A stretch of 64,000 nt of DNA from a bacterium (lineage in GTDB: Bacteria; Hinthialibacterota; Hinthialibacteria; Hinthialibacterales; Hinthialibacteraceae). The stretch is taken from the NCBI GenBank assembly GCA_963662285.2, contig CAXXMV010000001.1, positions 1,120,001-1,184,000 of the forward strand, written 5' to 3'. The notes beneath the pieces are model-generated. The model worked only from the letters and a program-made list of their open reading frames with translations, searched no databases and was not told where the DNA came from. Each line of letters opens with the position of its first letter. The stretch's first letter is position 1. Below, one piece after another: positions 1 to 10,279 of this stretch. The position numbers and the translations under genes were made by a program.

Positions 1-97
1 GGCCTGATCGACGAAATCCAGAAAACCCTTTTTTAGTGCAGCCCTTATGCCGTTTACGTTCCAGGAAATTAGTTTCATAAATAACTCCAGATAAAAA

Positions 98-994
98 TTA
101 TTTGAGGATATTTTCAGAATTTAATTCATTTGCATCTGCTTCTCGCATTAAAGTTCTGATGACAACCGATAATAGAATTAACATACCACCAATTATCGCC
201 CACCGTCCAGGTTCTTCTCCGATATCTAAATAAACCCAGAATGGATTAAGCAGCGGTTCCACCAGGGTGATAATAGCCACTTCGATGGCGGGAAGATATT
301 TCAATGCATAAACAAAAAACAGATAGGCCACCCCGATCTGAAATATCCCTAACCATAATAATCCTATCCAGGTCCGCCAGCCACTCAGCAGCGACAGGGT
401 TTCCGGAAAGAAAAATAATGCAGTGGGAATGACAAGGATTGCCGTAACCGCATTGCCCCAGAATACCGCTCCGGTGGGGTTGCTATGGCGGTCCTTGCGT
501 AAAGCGAGTACTAATAGGGCGTAACTGGCGCCGGATACCAAAGCGATTATGTTCCCCTGCCATTGCTCGGGAGACAGTTCATCAATAAAAAATAGCATCA
601 TACCGAAAGTACAAAAGGCGATAGTCGTAATCCGGCTGACGGTAATCGATTCGCGCAACCAGATGAAACCACCAACCAATACCCAGGCGGGCATAGTGGA
701 TTGCAGAAAAATTGCATTGGCCGCAGTCGTCATTTTCATGGATATAACATAAGTAGTAGTCATTACAGCGTAACCGACGACGGCCAGCCAACCGGTGCGG
801 CTGATACGTGGTAATTTATATAACCTGGAACGATGAGCCAGATACAGCCCGATAAAAATAGCTGATACCATCGAACGGAAACCGGCTATGGCTAAAGCGG
901 ATAAATCAAGGCGCTTGATGCACAAGCCGCCTGTCGAAAAAAGTAGGACGGCGGTTAACGCCGCCAATGTTGGGCCAAGTAGTTTTTTTTGCAT
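98..994 (-). CDS. DMT/EamA family transporter
   Basis: 298 aa, ~10 hydrophobic helices, two EamA-like repeats (TTAANAIFLQSTMP; LVEPLLNPFWV). Confidence 0.85.
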   Translation of the reverse strand: MQKKLLGPTLAALTAVLLFSTGGLCIKRLDLSALAIAGFRSMVSAIFIGLYLAHRSRLYKLPRISRTGWLAVVGYAVMTTTYVISMKMTTAANAIFLQSTMPAWVLVGGFIWLRESITVSRITTIAFCTFGMMLFFIDELSPEQWQGNIIALVSGASYALLVLALRKDRHSNPTGAVFWGNAVTAILVIPTALFFFPETLSLLSGWRTWIGLLWLGIFQIGVAYLFFVYALKYLPAIEVAIITLVEPLLNPFWVYLDIGEEPGRWAIIGGMLILLSVVIRTLMREADANELNSENILK

Positions 995-1171
995 GAATCT
1001 CCAGCATTGTTTTAGGGAAAAGTTGAATATATCAGAAACAGTTTCTGAGTTTTGAAAGAAAATTCAAGGCGCCAGCATTTAAATTTATATATTGTGGGGT
1101 TTGGTCTTTTCGCCAAGGACAGTAGAATGAATCTTCTACAGTTATCGTTAATTGGCGCATTTTAATCCTGG

Positions 1172-2353
1172 ATGAGGTTTGGCGAATCCGTGCGAGTTCT
1201 TCATATATATAAAGATTATTATCCACCAACCTGTGGGGGGATTGAGATTGCGATCCACAGAATGATAGAGGCGACTCGGGATCATTGCGAAGAGATCGCC
1301 GTCCTGATTTGCAACCGTAAGAGGAAATCAGAATTCGCTGAAGTCGAAGGAACCCCCGTCTTCAAAGCTGGCGAGTGGGGACGTTTTCTTTCGGCGCCTA
1401 TTTCGCCCTATTTCCCGCTCTGGCTGCGCCGGTCTGACGCCGATATTCTGCATTATCACTTGCCCAATCCAACAGCGGTGATTTCTCATCTGCTGGTGCG
1501 TCCCAAGGGCAAGGTAGTAGTGCATTATCATAGCGACATCGTCCGGCAAAAAGGTTGGATGAAATATTATGGCCCGTTTCTGCATCGGTTTCTCCGTTTA
1601 GCGGACGCCATCATCGTCACATCGCCCAATTATCTTGAATCATCAGAAACGCTCAAGCCATACCGGGATAAATGCAAAGTGGTTCCTTTCGGGGTTTCGA
1701 TGACCCGCTTCTCGCCCAGTTATGAAATAGAGGATATGGCTCAGATAATCCGCAGGCGCTATGGCATGAACCTGGTGTTGTTCGTCGGTATTCTCCGCTA
1801 TTACAAAGGTTTGCACATCTTGATCAAAGCTATGGAACATATAGAAGGAAAACTGCTGATAGTCGGCGAAGGCCCTTTGTTGTCAGAATTAATCTCGTTC
1901 GCTCAAAAACAATCCTATGCCGACCGCATCGTTTTTCTCGGTCGGGTAGAGTCGGTTACGCCATATTACTATGCATCCGATGTATTTTGCCTACCATCCA
2001 TATACCGTTCTGAAGCTTTCGGCTTAGTCTTACTGGAAGCAGCGGCATGTGGATTACCCTTGGTATCTACAGAACTGGGAACCGGAACATCTTATATCAA
2101 CCTGGATGGCGTCACAGGCCAAGTAACTCCCCCTGATGATGATCAAGCCCTGAGTAATGCCCTTAAGGAAATCCTGTCCAGTCAGAAACTCAGAAATGAA
2201 TATGGTTCCGCCGCCCGTAAAAGAATTACGGAATTATTTACTCAGGAAGAAATGGGCAAGAACATCCTATCTATTTATAATGAGTTATTAGGAACGCCCA
2301 TGCCGGATTTATCTGCATCGGATGATTTTGATATGACTAGACATTTAGAATAA
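1172..2353 (+). CDS. GT4 family glycosyltransferase
   Basis: GGIE N-terminus, FVGxLRYYKG, EAFGLVLLEA (EX7E) motif; true start may be GTG at 1190. Confidence 0.9.
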   Translation: MRFGESVRVLHIYKDYYPPTCGGIEIAIHRMIEATRDHCEEIAVLICNRKRKSEFAEVEGTPVFKAGEWGRFLSAPISPYFPLWLRRSDADILHYHLPNPTAVISHLLVRPKGKVVVHYHSDIVRQKGWMKYYGPFLHRFLRLADAIIVTSPNYLESSETLKPYRDKCKVVPFGVSMTRFSPSYEIEDMAQIIRRRYGMNLVLFVGILRYYKGLHILIKAMEHIEGKLLIVGEGPLLSELISFAQKQSYADRIVFLGRVESVTPYYYASDVFCLPSIYRSEAFGLVLLEAAACGLPLVSTELGTGTSYINLDGVTGQVTPPDDDQALSNALKEILSSQKLRNEYGSAARKRITELFTQEEMGKNILSIYNELLGTPMPDLSASDDFDMTRHLE

Positions 2354-2397
2354 TCTTTGGTCGATTACTCTTTTTCTTATAGGAAAAATGGAGAAAG

Positions 2398-3780
2398 ATG
2401 GAACGATTCATACGCGGAATAAAACGGATCGGCTGGCTTCCGGTTCTGGCAGCTCTTTTTTATATAGTTTGCATGACTCCCCTGATGGGACGCAAAAAAG
2501 GTTATACGGTTGACGCCACTCCCTCATATCAACTCACCAAAACTATAATGGAAACCGGCGTCTGGTTTCCGGATGATTTACAAATCAAGCAAGGTTATAT
2601 CTATTCTATCGTTTATCTCCCTTTTTACGCTTTGGGAGACGCACTGTCCGCCTTCTCGCCGGATCTGAATACCGAATGGATTCACCGCAAATGCCTGTGC
2701 TGGATGAATACGGTTATTACCGGATTGACGATATTCCTGCTATCAATGGTGATCCATCTGCTGGGTTATTCAAAAAAAGCCAGGATCATGGCGCCATTGA
2801 TATACGGTTTTTCCACTTTAGCCTTCAACTATGCGCGGTACGACTATAACAAATGCCTGGCCGCTTTCCTGCTGCTATTAACCTTTTATTTCGCTCTCCG
2901 TTTTATTTACGAGAATACACTCTTTCACGCAATGGTTTGTGGATTGGCGCTGGCGTTTCTAGCCACGCTACGATTAGAAATGGCGATTGTCGCCCCGCTC
3001 TTGCTATGGATATTTTATGCTATTAAGGGGACGACAGCAGACCGGATTAAACGATCCGCCGCTTTTCTGGTTCCAGTTTTGATCGGCGTCGCATGGGTGC
3101 TGCTTTATAACTGGTTTTATTGGCAAAGCGATATAGCGGGGGGATATAAAGGTGAAGGATTCCAGATAAATCCGTTTCCAGGATTGATTGGATTTTTGTT
3201 TTCCCCAGGAAAGAATATCTGGTTGTTTAATCCAGTGCTTCTTGCTCTGCCATTTGCATTACGCCATTTTCAGACTCGCCACAGAGATATGTTCAAGTTT
3301 AATTTATGGTGCGGCTTTATCTTGCTTCCCTTCGTTCTGTATTGTTTCTGGGGCAACTGGTGGGGCGGATGGGGATGGGGGCCGCGTCATTTAGTTCCAT
3401 TGATGCCCTTATTGGTGATTCCACTTTCAGAAATTATTGATGGAGATGTCCGTTCCATCAAAGTCGGGCTGGGACTATTATTTTTAGGAGGCTGCATCGT
3501 TCAACTGCTGGGCGGGGTAATAGACTTCTGCGATGTCATCCACACCCTTGAGGGCAAGGGCGTCCAAGAATATTTCTTGGTATGGAAGCCAGTATGGAAT
3601 CCCATTGTCTGGCATTTTAATTTTTTCATATATCTTTCTCTTGATCGTTGGGATTATGGGTGGATCGGAGTAAAAAATTACTTACCATTCGGGCAATTTC
3701 TTGGTATGCTATGTTTATGGATTCTATCGCTGATATTATTGGGTTATGCAATTATCCATAATCTAAGAAGAACTGACTGA
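2398..3780 (+). CDS. Multi-pass membrane protein, probable GT-C fold glycosyltransferase
   Basis: ~11 TM segments, FLFSPGK and WWGGWGWGPRHL motifs; follows the GT4 gene. Confidence 0.6.
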   Translation: MERFIRGIKRIGWLPVLAALFYIVCMTPLMGRKKGYTVDATPSYQLTKTIMETGVWFPDDLQIKQGYIYSIVYLPFYALGDALSAFSPDLNTEWIHRKCLCWMNTVITGLTIFLLSMVIHLLGYSKKARIMAPLIYGFSTLAFNYARYDYNKCLAAFLLLLTFYFALRFIYENTLFHAMVCGLALAFLATLRLEMAIVAPLLLWIFYAIKGTTADRIKRSAAFLVPVLIGVAWVLLYNWFYWQSDIAGGYKGEGFQINPFPGLIGFLFSPGKNIWLFNPVLLALPFALRHFQTRHRDMFKFNLWCGFILLPFVLYCFWGNWWGGWGWGPRHLVPLMPLLVIPLSEIIDGDVRSIKVGLGLLFLGGCIVQLLGGVIDFCDVIHTLEGKGVQEYFLVWKPVWNPIVWHFNFFIYLSLDRWDYGWIGVKNYLPFGQFLGMLCLWILSLILLGYAIIHNLRRTD

Positions 3781-3813
3781 TATAAATAAGAAAAGCATAC
3801 TGCGAGTGATATT

Positions 3814-4623
3814 ATGTCATCACGGATTCTTTTGATTATTGCGCATGGAAGTCGTTCTGCGGCATGGAATCATGCTATAGAGACCTTTTGTTCCGATATT
3901 GCCGCTCCTGCTTATGCTGATAAATGCATTGATGAGGTTCGCTGGTGTTATTTAGAACACGCTCAGCCAACTATTAAGATGGCGTTAGAGCATTATTGTC
4001 AGGATTCCAATACAGAGATTGTTGCTCTACCGCTTTTCCTCTCCGTTAGCAGCCATGTTAAAACTGATATCCCCAAGGAAATACAGACCGTGGCTCAATT
4101 TGTGGAAAGACGCGAAGGGATGGTTTCCTATGAATGCAATGGTTCTCATATAATTCTGCTCGATCCACCACCAACCTTGGATATAATTTCCAATAATATT
4201 GAACGAAGAGTGAAGCGGCTTGGCGTCTCCATGAAAGAAAGCGGTCTGTTAGTTGTTTACTATGGATCATCCAAATATCTAAGGCAATGGAATCACCTCG
4301 CATTTAATGTTCAATCGCGCTTATTGGAATATTTCCCTCATACCCAGGTCAATTGGGGGTATGCTGGCGAAGCGGTGGAATTTTCCGCTGAACCATTGGC
4401 GGATATTCTAAAGGAGATGCTGCAAATTGTTCGTCCAGTGGTTATCAAACCTGCATTAGTTGCAGTTGGCGTTGTTCAAAACAACATTATTCCAGAGGCC
4501 ATCGAACTGGCTAATGCGGGAGATAATATCATTTATAACGGAGACGCCATCCTGCCGGACGCTGAGTTGGAGCAATATGTATTAAAGTACGCGCATGAAT
4601 GCTTACAGCGTAAAGATGCATAA
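3814..4623 (+). CDS. CbiX/SirB family chelatase-like protein
   Basis: AHGSR, YLEHAQP, LPLFL..SSHV..DIP motifs. Confidence 0.75.
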   Translation: MSSRILLIIAHGSRSAAWNHAIETFCSDIAAPAYADKCIDEVRWCYLEHAQPTIKMALEHYCQDSNTEIVALPLFLSVSSHVKTDIPKEIQTVAQFVERREGMVSYECNGSHIILLDPPPTLDIISNNIERRVKRLGVSMKESGLLVVYYGSSKYLRQWNHLAFNVQSRLLEYFPHTQVNWGYAGEAVEFSAEPLADILKEMLQIVRPVVIKPALVAVGVVQNNIIPEAIELANAGDNIIYNGDAILPDAELEQYVLKYAHECLQRKDA

Positions 4624-4624
4624 A

Positions 4625-5323
4625 TTATTGAACCTCTCTTAAACGGAAGATGGTTAATGAATATGGTGGAAAATCATACGTAAATTTCGATGCAACTGGG
4701 CCGAATAGTTTTGATTTGTGAATTACTTTTCGTGGATTGTCAAAGGAATTCTCATCTTTAGGTGAGTTTGAAGTTAGGATGGTTATGGTTCCCTCAACCT
4801 GTCTGGCTTTAAGATGATCCAGACTAACATCTGTTTTCAATGATTCATCATATTTATTAACTACTTTTATAATCCATTCTTCGCTTTTCTTATCATAGCC
4901 AGCGCCTGCTTCCAGGGCGGTTTGTTCAAATGATTGGCTATCCACATCATGGATCAATTTATCGTTGAGCCAGCATTTTATCTTCTTGTTTTGAACAGTT
5001 ATGCGGATATCATACCATTGGCCGGTTTTGATTGATCCTTGAACGCTATCAGATATTTTCTCTTTGCTGGAATCAGCCATTCTTTCAATTGCATGAGATG
5101 AATTGCCCCAGCCGCCGAGATTCCACCAATGCCAGTTATCTTCATTTTTTGAACGGAACAGAATAAGAAAACCTTCTGCGCCGGAAAGTTTTCGGGCTTT
5201 CAAAGAAAGAGTGTAATCGTCCCACTCTTCCTGTCCGGTCATGATGAAATTGTTTTCTTGATGATTCTTTTGGTGAATGACGCCATTCTCCGCATCCCAT
5301 TGTCCTGCAAAACCAGTTCTCAT
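4625..5323 (-). CDS. DUF1080-like domain plus alpha-L-arabinofuranosidase C-terminal domain; probably a 5'-truncated GH51 remnant
   Basis: WDDYTLSLKARKLSGAEGFLI, WWNLGGWGN and IIKVVN...ENSFDNP...FPPYSLTIFRL resemble GH51 C-terminal halves; no signal peptide or catalytic barrel. Confidence 0.6.
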   Translation of the reverse strand: MRTGFAGQWDAENGVIHQKNHQENNFIMTGQEEWDDYTLSLKARKLSGAEGFLILFRSKNEDNWHWWNLGGWGNSSHAIERMADSSKEKISDSVQGSIKTGQWYDIRITVQNKKIKCWLNDKLIHDVDSQSFEQTALEAGAGYDKKSEEWIIKVVNKYDESLKTDVSLDHLKARQVEGTITILTSNSPKDENSFDNPRKVIHKSKLFGPVASKFTYDFPPYSLTIFRLREVQ

Positions 5324-5363
5324 GATTTTTTTAAATAAATTATTCTATTTTGAAAGAAATTAC

Positions 5364-5410
5364 TTGACGATGAACAAATGTACATATACAATACATGAAC
5401 AAACGTGCAT
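5364..5410 (+). promoter_or_regulatory. lexA sigma70 promoter overlapped by two putative LexA boxes
   Basis: -35 TTGACG 5364-5369, 17-bp spacer, -10 TACAAT 5387-5392; ATGAACAAATGTACAT 5370-5385 and ATGAACAAACGTGCAT 5395-5410. Confidence 0.75.
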
Positions 5411-5445
5411 TTTTATGCAAATTCATACAGATAAGCGGGTGAATT

Positions 5446-6105
5446 ATGGCTGAACTTTCTTCAAAACAACAACAGATACTAGATTACATCAAGACATACC
5501 TTAAAGCACAAGGATATCCTCCTACTTTAAGAGAGATATGTAAGGAATTTTCCATCTCCTCTACTAATGGCGCTCGTTATCACTTACATAGGTTGCAAAA
5601 AATGGGCTACCTGGAGATTGATCCTCATCGATCAAGAGGCGTTAAATGCATTGAACAAGAGGATGACAATCAGCCGTCTTCTAAACCCAGTTTTTTCAAA
5701 ATGCCGGTTTTGGGCAAAGTCCCGGCTGGACCATTTGATCTGGCCTCTCCCGATTTACGGGAAGATGAAGTAACGATTGATCCTACATTCTTCGGCAGCA
5801 GCATGGCGGAACCAGAAATGTTCGGACTTCGGGTTAAAGGCGACAGTATGATCAACGCCGGGATTAACGATGGTGATATTGTAGTTGTACGAGTACAGGG
5901 AGACGCAAATAACGGAGATATCGTGGTCGCTCGCCTTGAAGAAGAAGCAACCGTTAAACGCTATCGTAAAGAAAACCGCCGGATTGTATTACAACCGGAA
6001 AATCCAGCTTATGCGCCCATCCCCATTCGTGACGAAGGAGGCGCCGAGCAAGGACAGGACGTGTCGCTGCTCGGCGTTGTAGTCGGTCTGATTCGTTCTA
6101 TGTAA
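5446..6105 (+). CDS. lexA: SOS repressor LexA
   Basis: GYPPTLREI winged HTH, VPAG cleavage site, GDSM catalytic Ser, ATVKR catalytic Lys. Confidence 0.97.
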   Translation: MAELSSKQQQILDYIKTYLKAQGYPPTLREICKEFSISSTNGARYHLHRLQKMGYLEIDPHRSRGVKCIEQEDDNQPSSKPSFFKMPVLGKVPAGPFDLASPDLREDEVTIDPTFFGSSMAEPEMFGLRVKGDSMINAGINDGDIVVVRVQGDANNGDIVVARLEEEATVKRYRKENRRIVLQPENPAYAPIPIRDEGGAEQGQDVSLLGVVVGLIRSM

Positions 6106-6112
6106 AAACCAT

Positions 6113-6146
6113 ATTAAGAGCCTTCAATACTTTGAAGGCTCTTAAT
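6113..6146. terminator. Bidirectional terminator hairpin
   Basis: ATTAAGAGCCTTCAA-TACT-TTGAAGGCTCTTAAT, 15-bp stem between convergent genes. Confidence 0.8.
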
Positions 6147-6315
6147 TATTATCATCATCTTCATCATCTTCATCATCAAGGTCATGCGTATCGATATCAA
6201 GCGGTGAATGCATGTGTTCTGTCGGAATGACTAATACGTTATAAAAACAATAAACCGCTAATGATACTACTAGAAAATTTGATACGATAAATAATATCCA
6301 ACCATATATATTCAT
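6142..6315 (-). CDS. 57-aa single-TM protein, putative small subunit of the NSS transporter (MetS-like)
   Basis: Manual translation MNIYGWILFIVSNFLVVSLAVYCFYNVLVIPTEHMHSPLDIDTHDLDDEDDEDDDNN; RBS AGAGGAG; 18 bp after the NSS gene stop; below the ORF-track cutoff. Confidence 0.8.
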   Translation of the reverse strand: MNIYGWILFIVSNFLVVSLAVYCFYNVLVIPTEHMHSPLDIDTHDLDDEDDEDDDNN

Positions 6316-6333
6316 GATTATCTCCTCTTTCTC

Positions 6334-7953
6334 TTAATCCAACGACTCATCACCCATAGCTTTCTGGTATGCATGGTATTGACGCTTCATCCTCGGCCAA
6401 GCCAGTTTTTGTAATAATACCAGCATGACGAAGAAAGCAACCATAAAGTAGACAGTCATGGATTGAATGGAATTCATGGGAACGTAATCCGGCGAATGAT
6501 AATGCTGTATTTGCTGATATACCCACGAACCCAATATGCCTATCAAGAAGACTGGAGTGATATAAGTGATGACAAAACCAAAGAATCTCGGCAGTTTCAT
6601 GTCCGCTCCATGTGATGCTTCCTTAATGCCATTGCTGACTTTAAGGACGAACACGAAGATGAAAACCTCAAATAGAGCCAGCAGTGGTATACCGATATTA
6701 CCGCTATACGTATCTACCGTATCCAGCGCAGTGAGGCCCGGCGATAAGATGATGGCGCTGGAACCGAAGAATGTTAAAATTCCCAAAAAGGTTACCGAAG
6801 CGCGGCGTTTTAATCCAAAGCCTTCCTCGAAAAAGGCGATAGCGGGTTGCAGCATGGAAAGCGACGATGTTACTCCAGCCAGGAATAACAGGAAATAAAG
6901 ACACACCGCAAAATATTGCCCGAAAGGCATTAGGTCGAAAATATGCGGCATAGTCACAAATCCGATGCCTACTGTACTTTGATCAGCGATAGTCGACATT
7001 TGCGCTACCCCTAAGAAAACAAAAGCCGCTGGAATTACGATCAATCCCCCCAGACAGACTTCACAAAACTCATTAGTTGCGCTGGCCGTTAGACCGGAAA
7101 GAACCACGTCATCACTTTTCTTCAAGTAACTGGCATAAGTGACGATAATGCCGAATCCAACCGAAAGCGAGAAGAAAATTTGCCCGCACGCCGCCACCCA
7201 TACTTTAGCATTCGCCAGTTGCGACCAATCGGGATTCCACATAAAACCCAAACCGTTGACAACCGATTGTTCGGGATGATCAGGATTGGCGCCCAGCGTT
7301 ACTACCCGAATAACGATAATGAAGGCCATGAAAATCAATAAAGGCATTGCTACCCGGCAAAACCGCTCAATTCCTTTGGTTATGCCTTTATAAATTAAGA
7401 AGAAATTAAACACAAATGTAATTAAGAAAAAAATGAACGATACTTGGATGCCAGAGAAGAATTGCTGCGTCCCCACTTCTGGATCGCCGGTAAATTCTGC
7501 GAAGAATTGACTATAAATGCCCGGATCGCCTGCTGTTTTCAAATTGAGGGCGCCTTTTAGAGCAAACCAGGTATACGCCAGGCACCACGATTCAACATAT
7601 ACATACCACATATAGATAACAACCGGAACAAAAAGCCCCAAGGCGCCTAGATATCTTAAACGGCTGCCTTTCGTAAGGACTCCGAATATTCCTGTCGCCG
7701 AAGAGAGACCAGACAATCGTCCTCCCCGCCTGCCCATAATCCATTCAGCCCAGCAAACAGGTATACCCAATAATAAAAAGGCCAAAAAATAGGGTATCAT
7801 AAATGCCCCGCCGCCGTTTTGCGCTACAACACCCGGGAATCGCAGGAAATTTCCCAGGCCGACGGCGCTTCCCGCCACTGCCAGGATTACCCCGATTTTC
7901 GTGCCCCAATGCTCCCGTTCTACTGTCTCGTTAGAGTTCTTAATATTCGCCAT
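6334..7953 (-). CDS. Sodium-dependent transporter, NSS/SNF (SLC6) family
   Basis: REHW...GSAVGLGNFLRFP...NGGGAF, GQIFFSLSVGFG...YASY. Confidence 0.95.
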   Translation of the reverse strand: MANIKNSNETVEREHWGTKIGVILAVAGSAVGLGNFLRFPGVVAQNGGGAFMIPYFLAFLLLGIPVCWAEWIMGRRGGRLSGLSSATGIFGVLTKGSRLRYLGALGLFVPVVIYMWYVYVESWCLAYTWFALKGALNLKTAGDPGIYSQFFAEFTGDPEVGTQQFFSGIQVSFIFFLITFVFNFFLIYKGITKGIERFCRVAMPLLIFMAFIIVIRVVTLGANPDHPEQSVVNGLGFMWNPDWSQLANAKVWVAACGQIFFSLSVGFGIIVTYASYLKKSDDVVLSGLTASATNEFCEVCLGGLIVIPAAFVFLGVAQMSTIADQSTVGIGFVTMPHIFDLMPFGQYFAVCLYFLLFLAGVTSSLSMLQPAIAFFEEGFGLKRRASVTFLGILTFFGSSAIILSPGLTALDTVDTYSGNIGIPLLALFEVFIFVFVLKVSNGIKEASHGADMKLPRFFGFVITYITPVFLIGILGSWVYQQIQHYHSPDYVPMNSIQSMTVYFMVAFFVMLVLLQKLAWPRMKRQYHAYQKAMGDESLD

Positions 7954-8255
7954 TGGACTTTCACCATTTTAGAATTTATATGAAAAAGCAAAATATACAT
8001 GAGTATCTAATCACAAGACATACCGTTTAGGCAAGGTTATGAATAAAAAAAGAAATCTTCTGTTTTTAATGGATTTTGAAAGTTATCAATCAAAAACATC
8101 TGGATAGGAAATGAAATATATCATTGATATATCGAGTAATATGCGCATAAGTCGCTTGATTTTATCTCTCCCGGTAAGGTATTCTTTAACTGTCGCTTTA
8201 GAAATCTCTGCTGTTGTATTAAATGTTGAATCTGCCTCTACTAAAGGAGAATCCT

Positions 8256-10259
8256 ATGTTCATCGCAGCCCTATCATTACTTTTAGTTACTATATTAGGG
8301 ATTAACAATACTGCTTTTGCTTTAGACTTCCCCGGTCCGGCGCCAGGCCAAGCGGAATCAAAAATCGAAGATCAGCGTTTTATTTTGGAGAATAATATAA
8401 TTGCAATGGAATGGGGGATTTCTGAAGGGAAATTTCATCCCATTCGCGTTACAAACCGGATTACTGATCAGTCGATCCAGTTAAATGAGATGGAATTATT
8501 TCGTTTATTCTTAAAGAATAACCTTCTGATTGCTGCATCAGACATGAAATTAATTACAAAACCATCTCTTGAAGAATTAAAATCCTTACCGGACGCAGCT
8601 ACTTTGACTCAGCAATACCCCGGCCAAGAGTTAAAGGTTGGTTTTGCTACTGAAGATGGGGCTATTGAAATAAAATGGCGGGCGATTCTACGCGATCAGA
8701 GTAATGCCATCCGGCAGGAATTTATCCTGCTGAATCATGGGGAAGAGTTGCCGCTGGAAAAAATCACGTTTCTTGAACTGCCAAGTCAAGAAACATTGAT
8801 GGCTGGAGACGTCCCCGGTTCACCTATCATAAATAAAGAGATATTTTTTGCCTGTGAGCATCCCAATGCCACGAATATCATAGGTAAGGAAAAAGCGGAG
8901 TGTTCGCTGGAGTGTAATATTCTTATGGCGCCGAGGCAATCAATTGTAAATACTGCTGCAATCGGAAGCGTTCCTCCCGATCAGCACCGCCGGGGCTTTT
9001 TGTATTATATTGAACGGGAACGGGCGCATCCCTACCGTCCATTTCTGCATTACAACTCCTGGTATGACATCTGCTGGGCTGACCTGAAAATTAACGAAGA
9101 GCAATGCATTAAGGTTATAGAACTATATGGAACCCAATTTACCCAGAAATGGGATATCCCTCTTGCATCATTCGTTTGGGATGACGGTTGGGATGATCCA
9201 AAAACTCTGTGGCGCTCTATGAAAAAGAACTTCCCCGATGGTTTTTCGAAAATTCTTCATACAGCGCGTAAGTATGACAGCACGCTAGGATTCTGGCTCT
9301 CTCCATTCGGCGGATATGGAAAACCGGCTGAAGACCGTTATGCATTCGGCAAGATGCAAGGATTTGAAATGAAACAAGGTAAATTCGCTTTGGCCGGTGA
9401 AAAGTATTACCAGCGATTTGCGGAAACCTGCCGGGAGATGATCCAAAAAAATGGTTCAAATTTCTTCAAGTTCGACGGGCTGACCAAAGATATCACTGAA
9501 ACCGAAGCGATGTTGCGGCTATCCCGCGAACTGAGAGGCATCGATCCTGATTTATTTATCAGCATCACAACGGGAACCTGGCCTTCTCCATATTGGTTAT
9601 GGTACGGCGATTCCACATGGCGTGGCGCCAATGATATGGGTTTTCATGGCCCCGGTTCCAAAAGGGAGCAATGGATGACCTATCGCGATATGATAACCTA
9701 TCGAAACGTTGTGCAACCGGCGCCCTTGTATCCCCTGAATTCAATCATGAACCAGGGCATCGCCCATGCTCATTACGGCACGGCCAGTCAAATGGGCAAT
9801 TCGCCCGAAGAGATGAAAAAAGAGTTCCGATCCTTCTTCGCCTGTGGAACATGCCTGCAGGAACTTTATATCTCTCCCGACATGATGACCGCTGAGAACT
9901 GGAAAGATTTGGCTGAAGCAGCCAAGTGGTCGCAAAAAAATGCTGATGTCCTGGTAGATGTGCATTGGATAGGCGGCGATCCCGGACTTGGAGAAATATA
10001 CGGCTGGGCGTCATGGTCAAAACGCAAAGGCGTCATTGCGTTAAGGAATCCCAATCCCTCGGTGTCTGAAATCAAAATTGATATAAAAAAAGCATTTGAA
10101 CTGCCAACTAAGGCTGCCCGCAAATATCGTCTAACCAGCCCCTGGAAGGAAGACAGCGCCAAACCAGTCATCACCCTTCAAGCCGGATCAACTTATTCGT
10201 TCACTCTGCAACCTTTTGAGATTCTGGTTTATGACGCCGAACCGTTATTAGATATATAG
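8256..10259 (+). CDS. Secreted GH36/alpha-galactosidase-like protein
   Basis: Signal peptide, HYNSW, WDDGWD, GFWLSPFGGY, FKFDG motifs; RBS AAGGAG before ATG 8256. Confidence 0.7.
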   Translation: MFIAALSLLLVTILGINNTAFALDFPGPAPGQAESKIEDQRFILENNIIAMEWGISEGKFHPIRVTNRITDQSIQLNEMELFRLFLKNNLLIAASDMKLITKPSLEELKSLPDAATLTQQYPGQELKVGFATEDGAIEIKWRAILRDQSNAIRQEFILLNHGEELPLEKITFLELPSQETLMAGDVPGSPIINKEIFFACEHPNATNIIGKEKAECSLECNILMAPRQSIVNTAAIGSVPPDQHRRGFLYYIERERAHPYRPFLHYNSWYDICWADLKINEEQCIKVIELYGTQFTQKWDIPLASFVWDDGWDDPKTLWRSMKKNFPDGFSKILHTARKYDSTLGFWLSPFGGYGKPAEDRYAFGKMQGFEMKQGKFALAGEKYYQRFAETCREMIQKNGSNFFKFDGLTKDITETEAMLRLSRELRGIDPDLFISITTGTWPSPYWLWYGDSTWRGANDMGFHGPGSKREQWMTYRDMITYRNVVQPAPLYPLNSIMNQGIAHAHYGTASQMGNSPEEMKKEFRSFFACGTCLQELYISPDMMTAENWKDLAEAAKWSQKNADVLVDVHWIGGDPGLGEIYGWASWSKRKGVIALRNPNPSVSEIKIDIKKAFELPTKAARKYRLTSPWKEDSAKPVITLQAGSTYSFTLQPFEILVYDAEPLLDI

Positions 10260-10279
10260 GAAAAACCGAGCATAACCTT

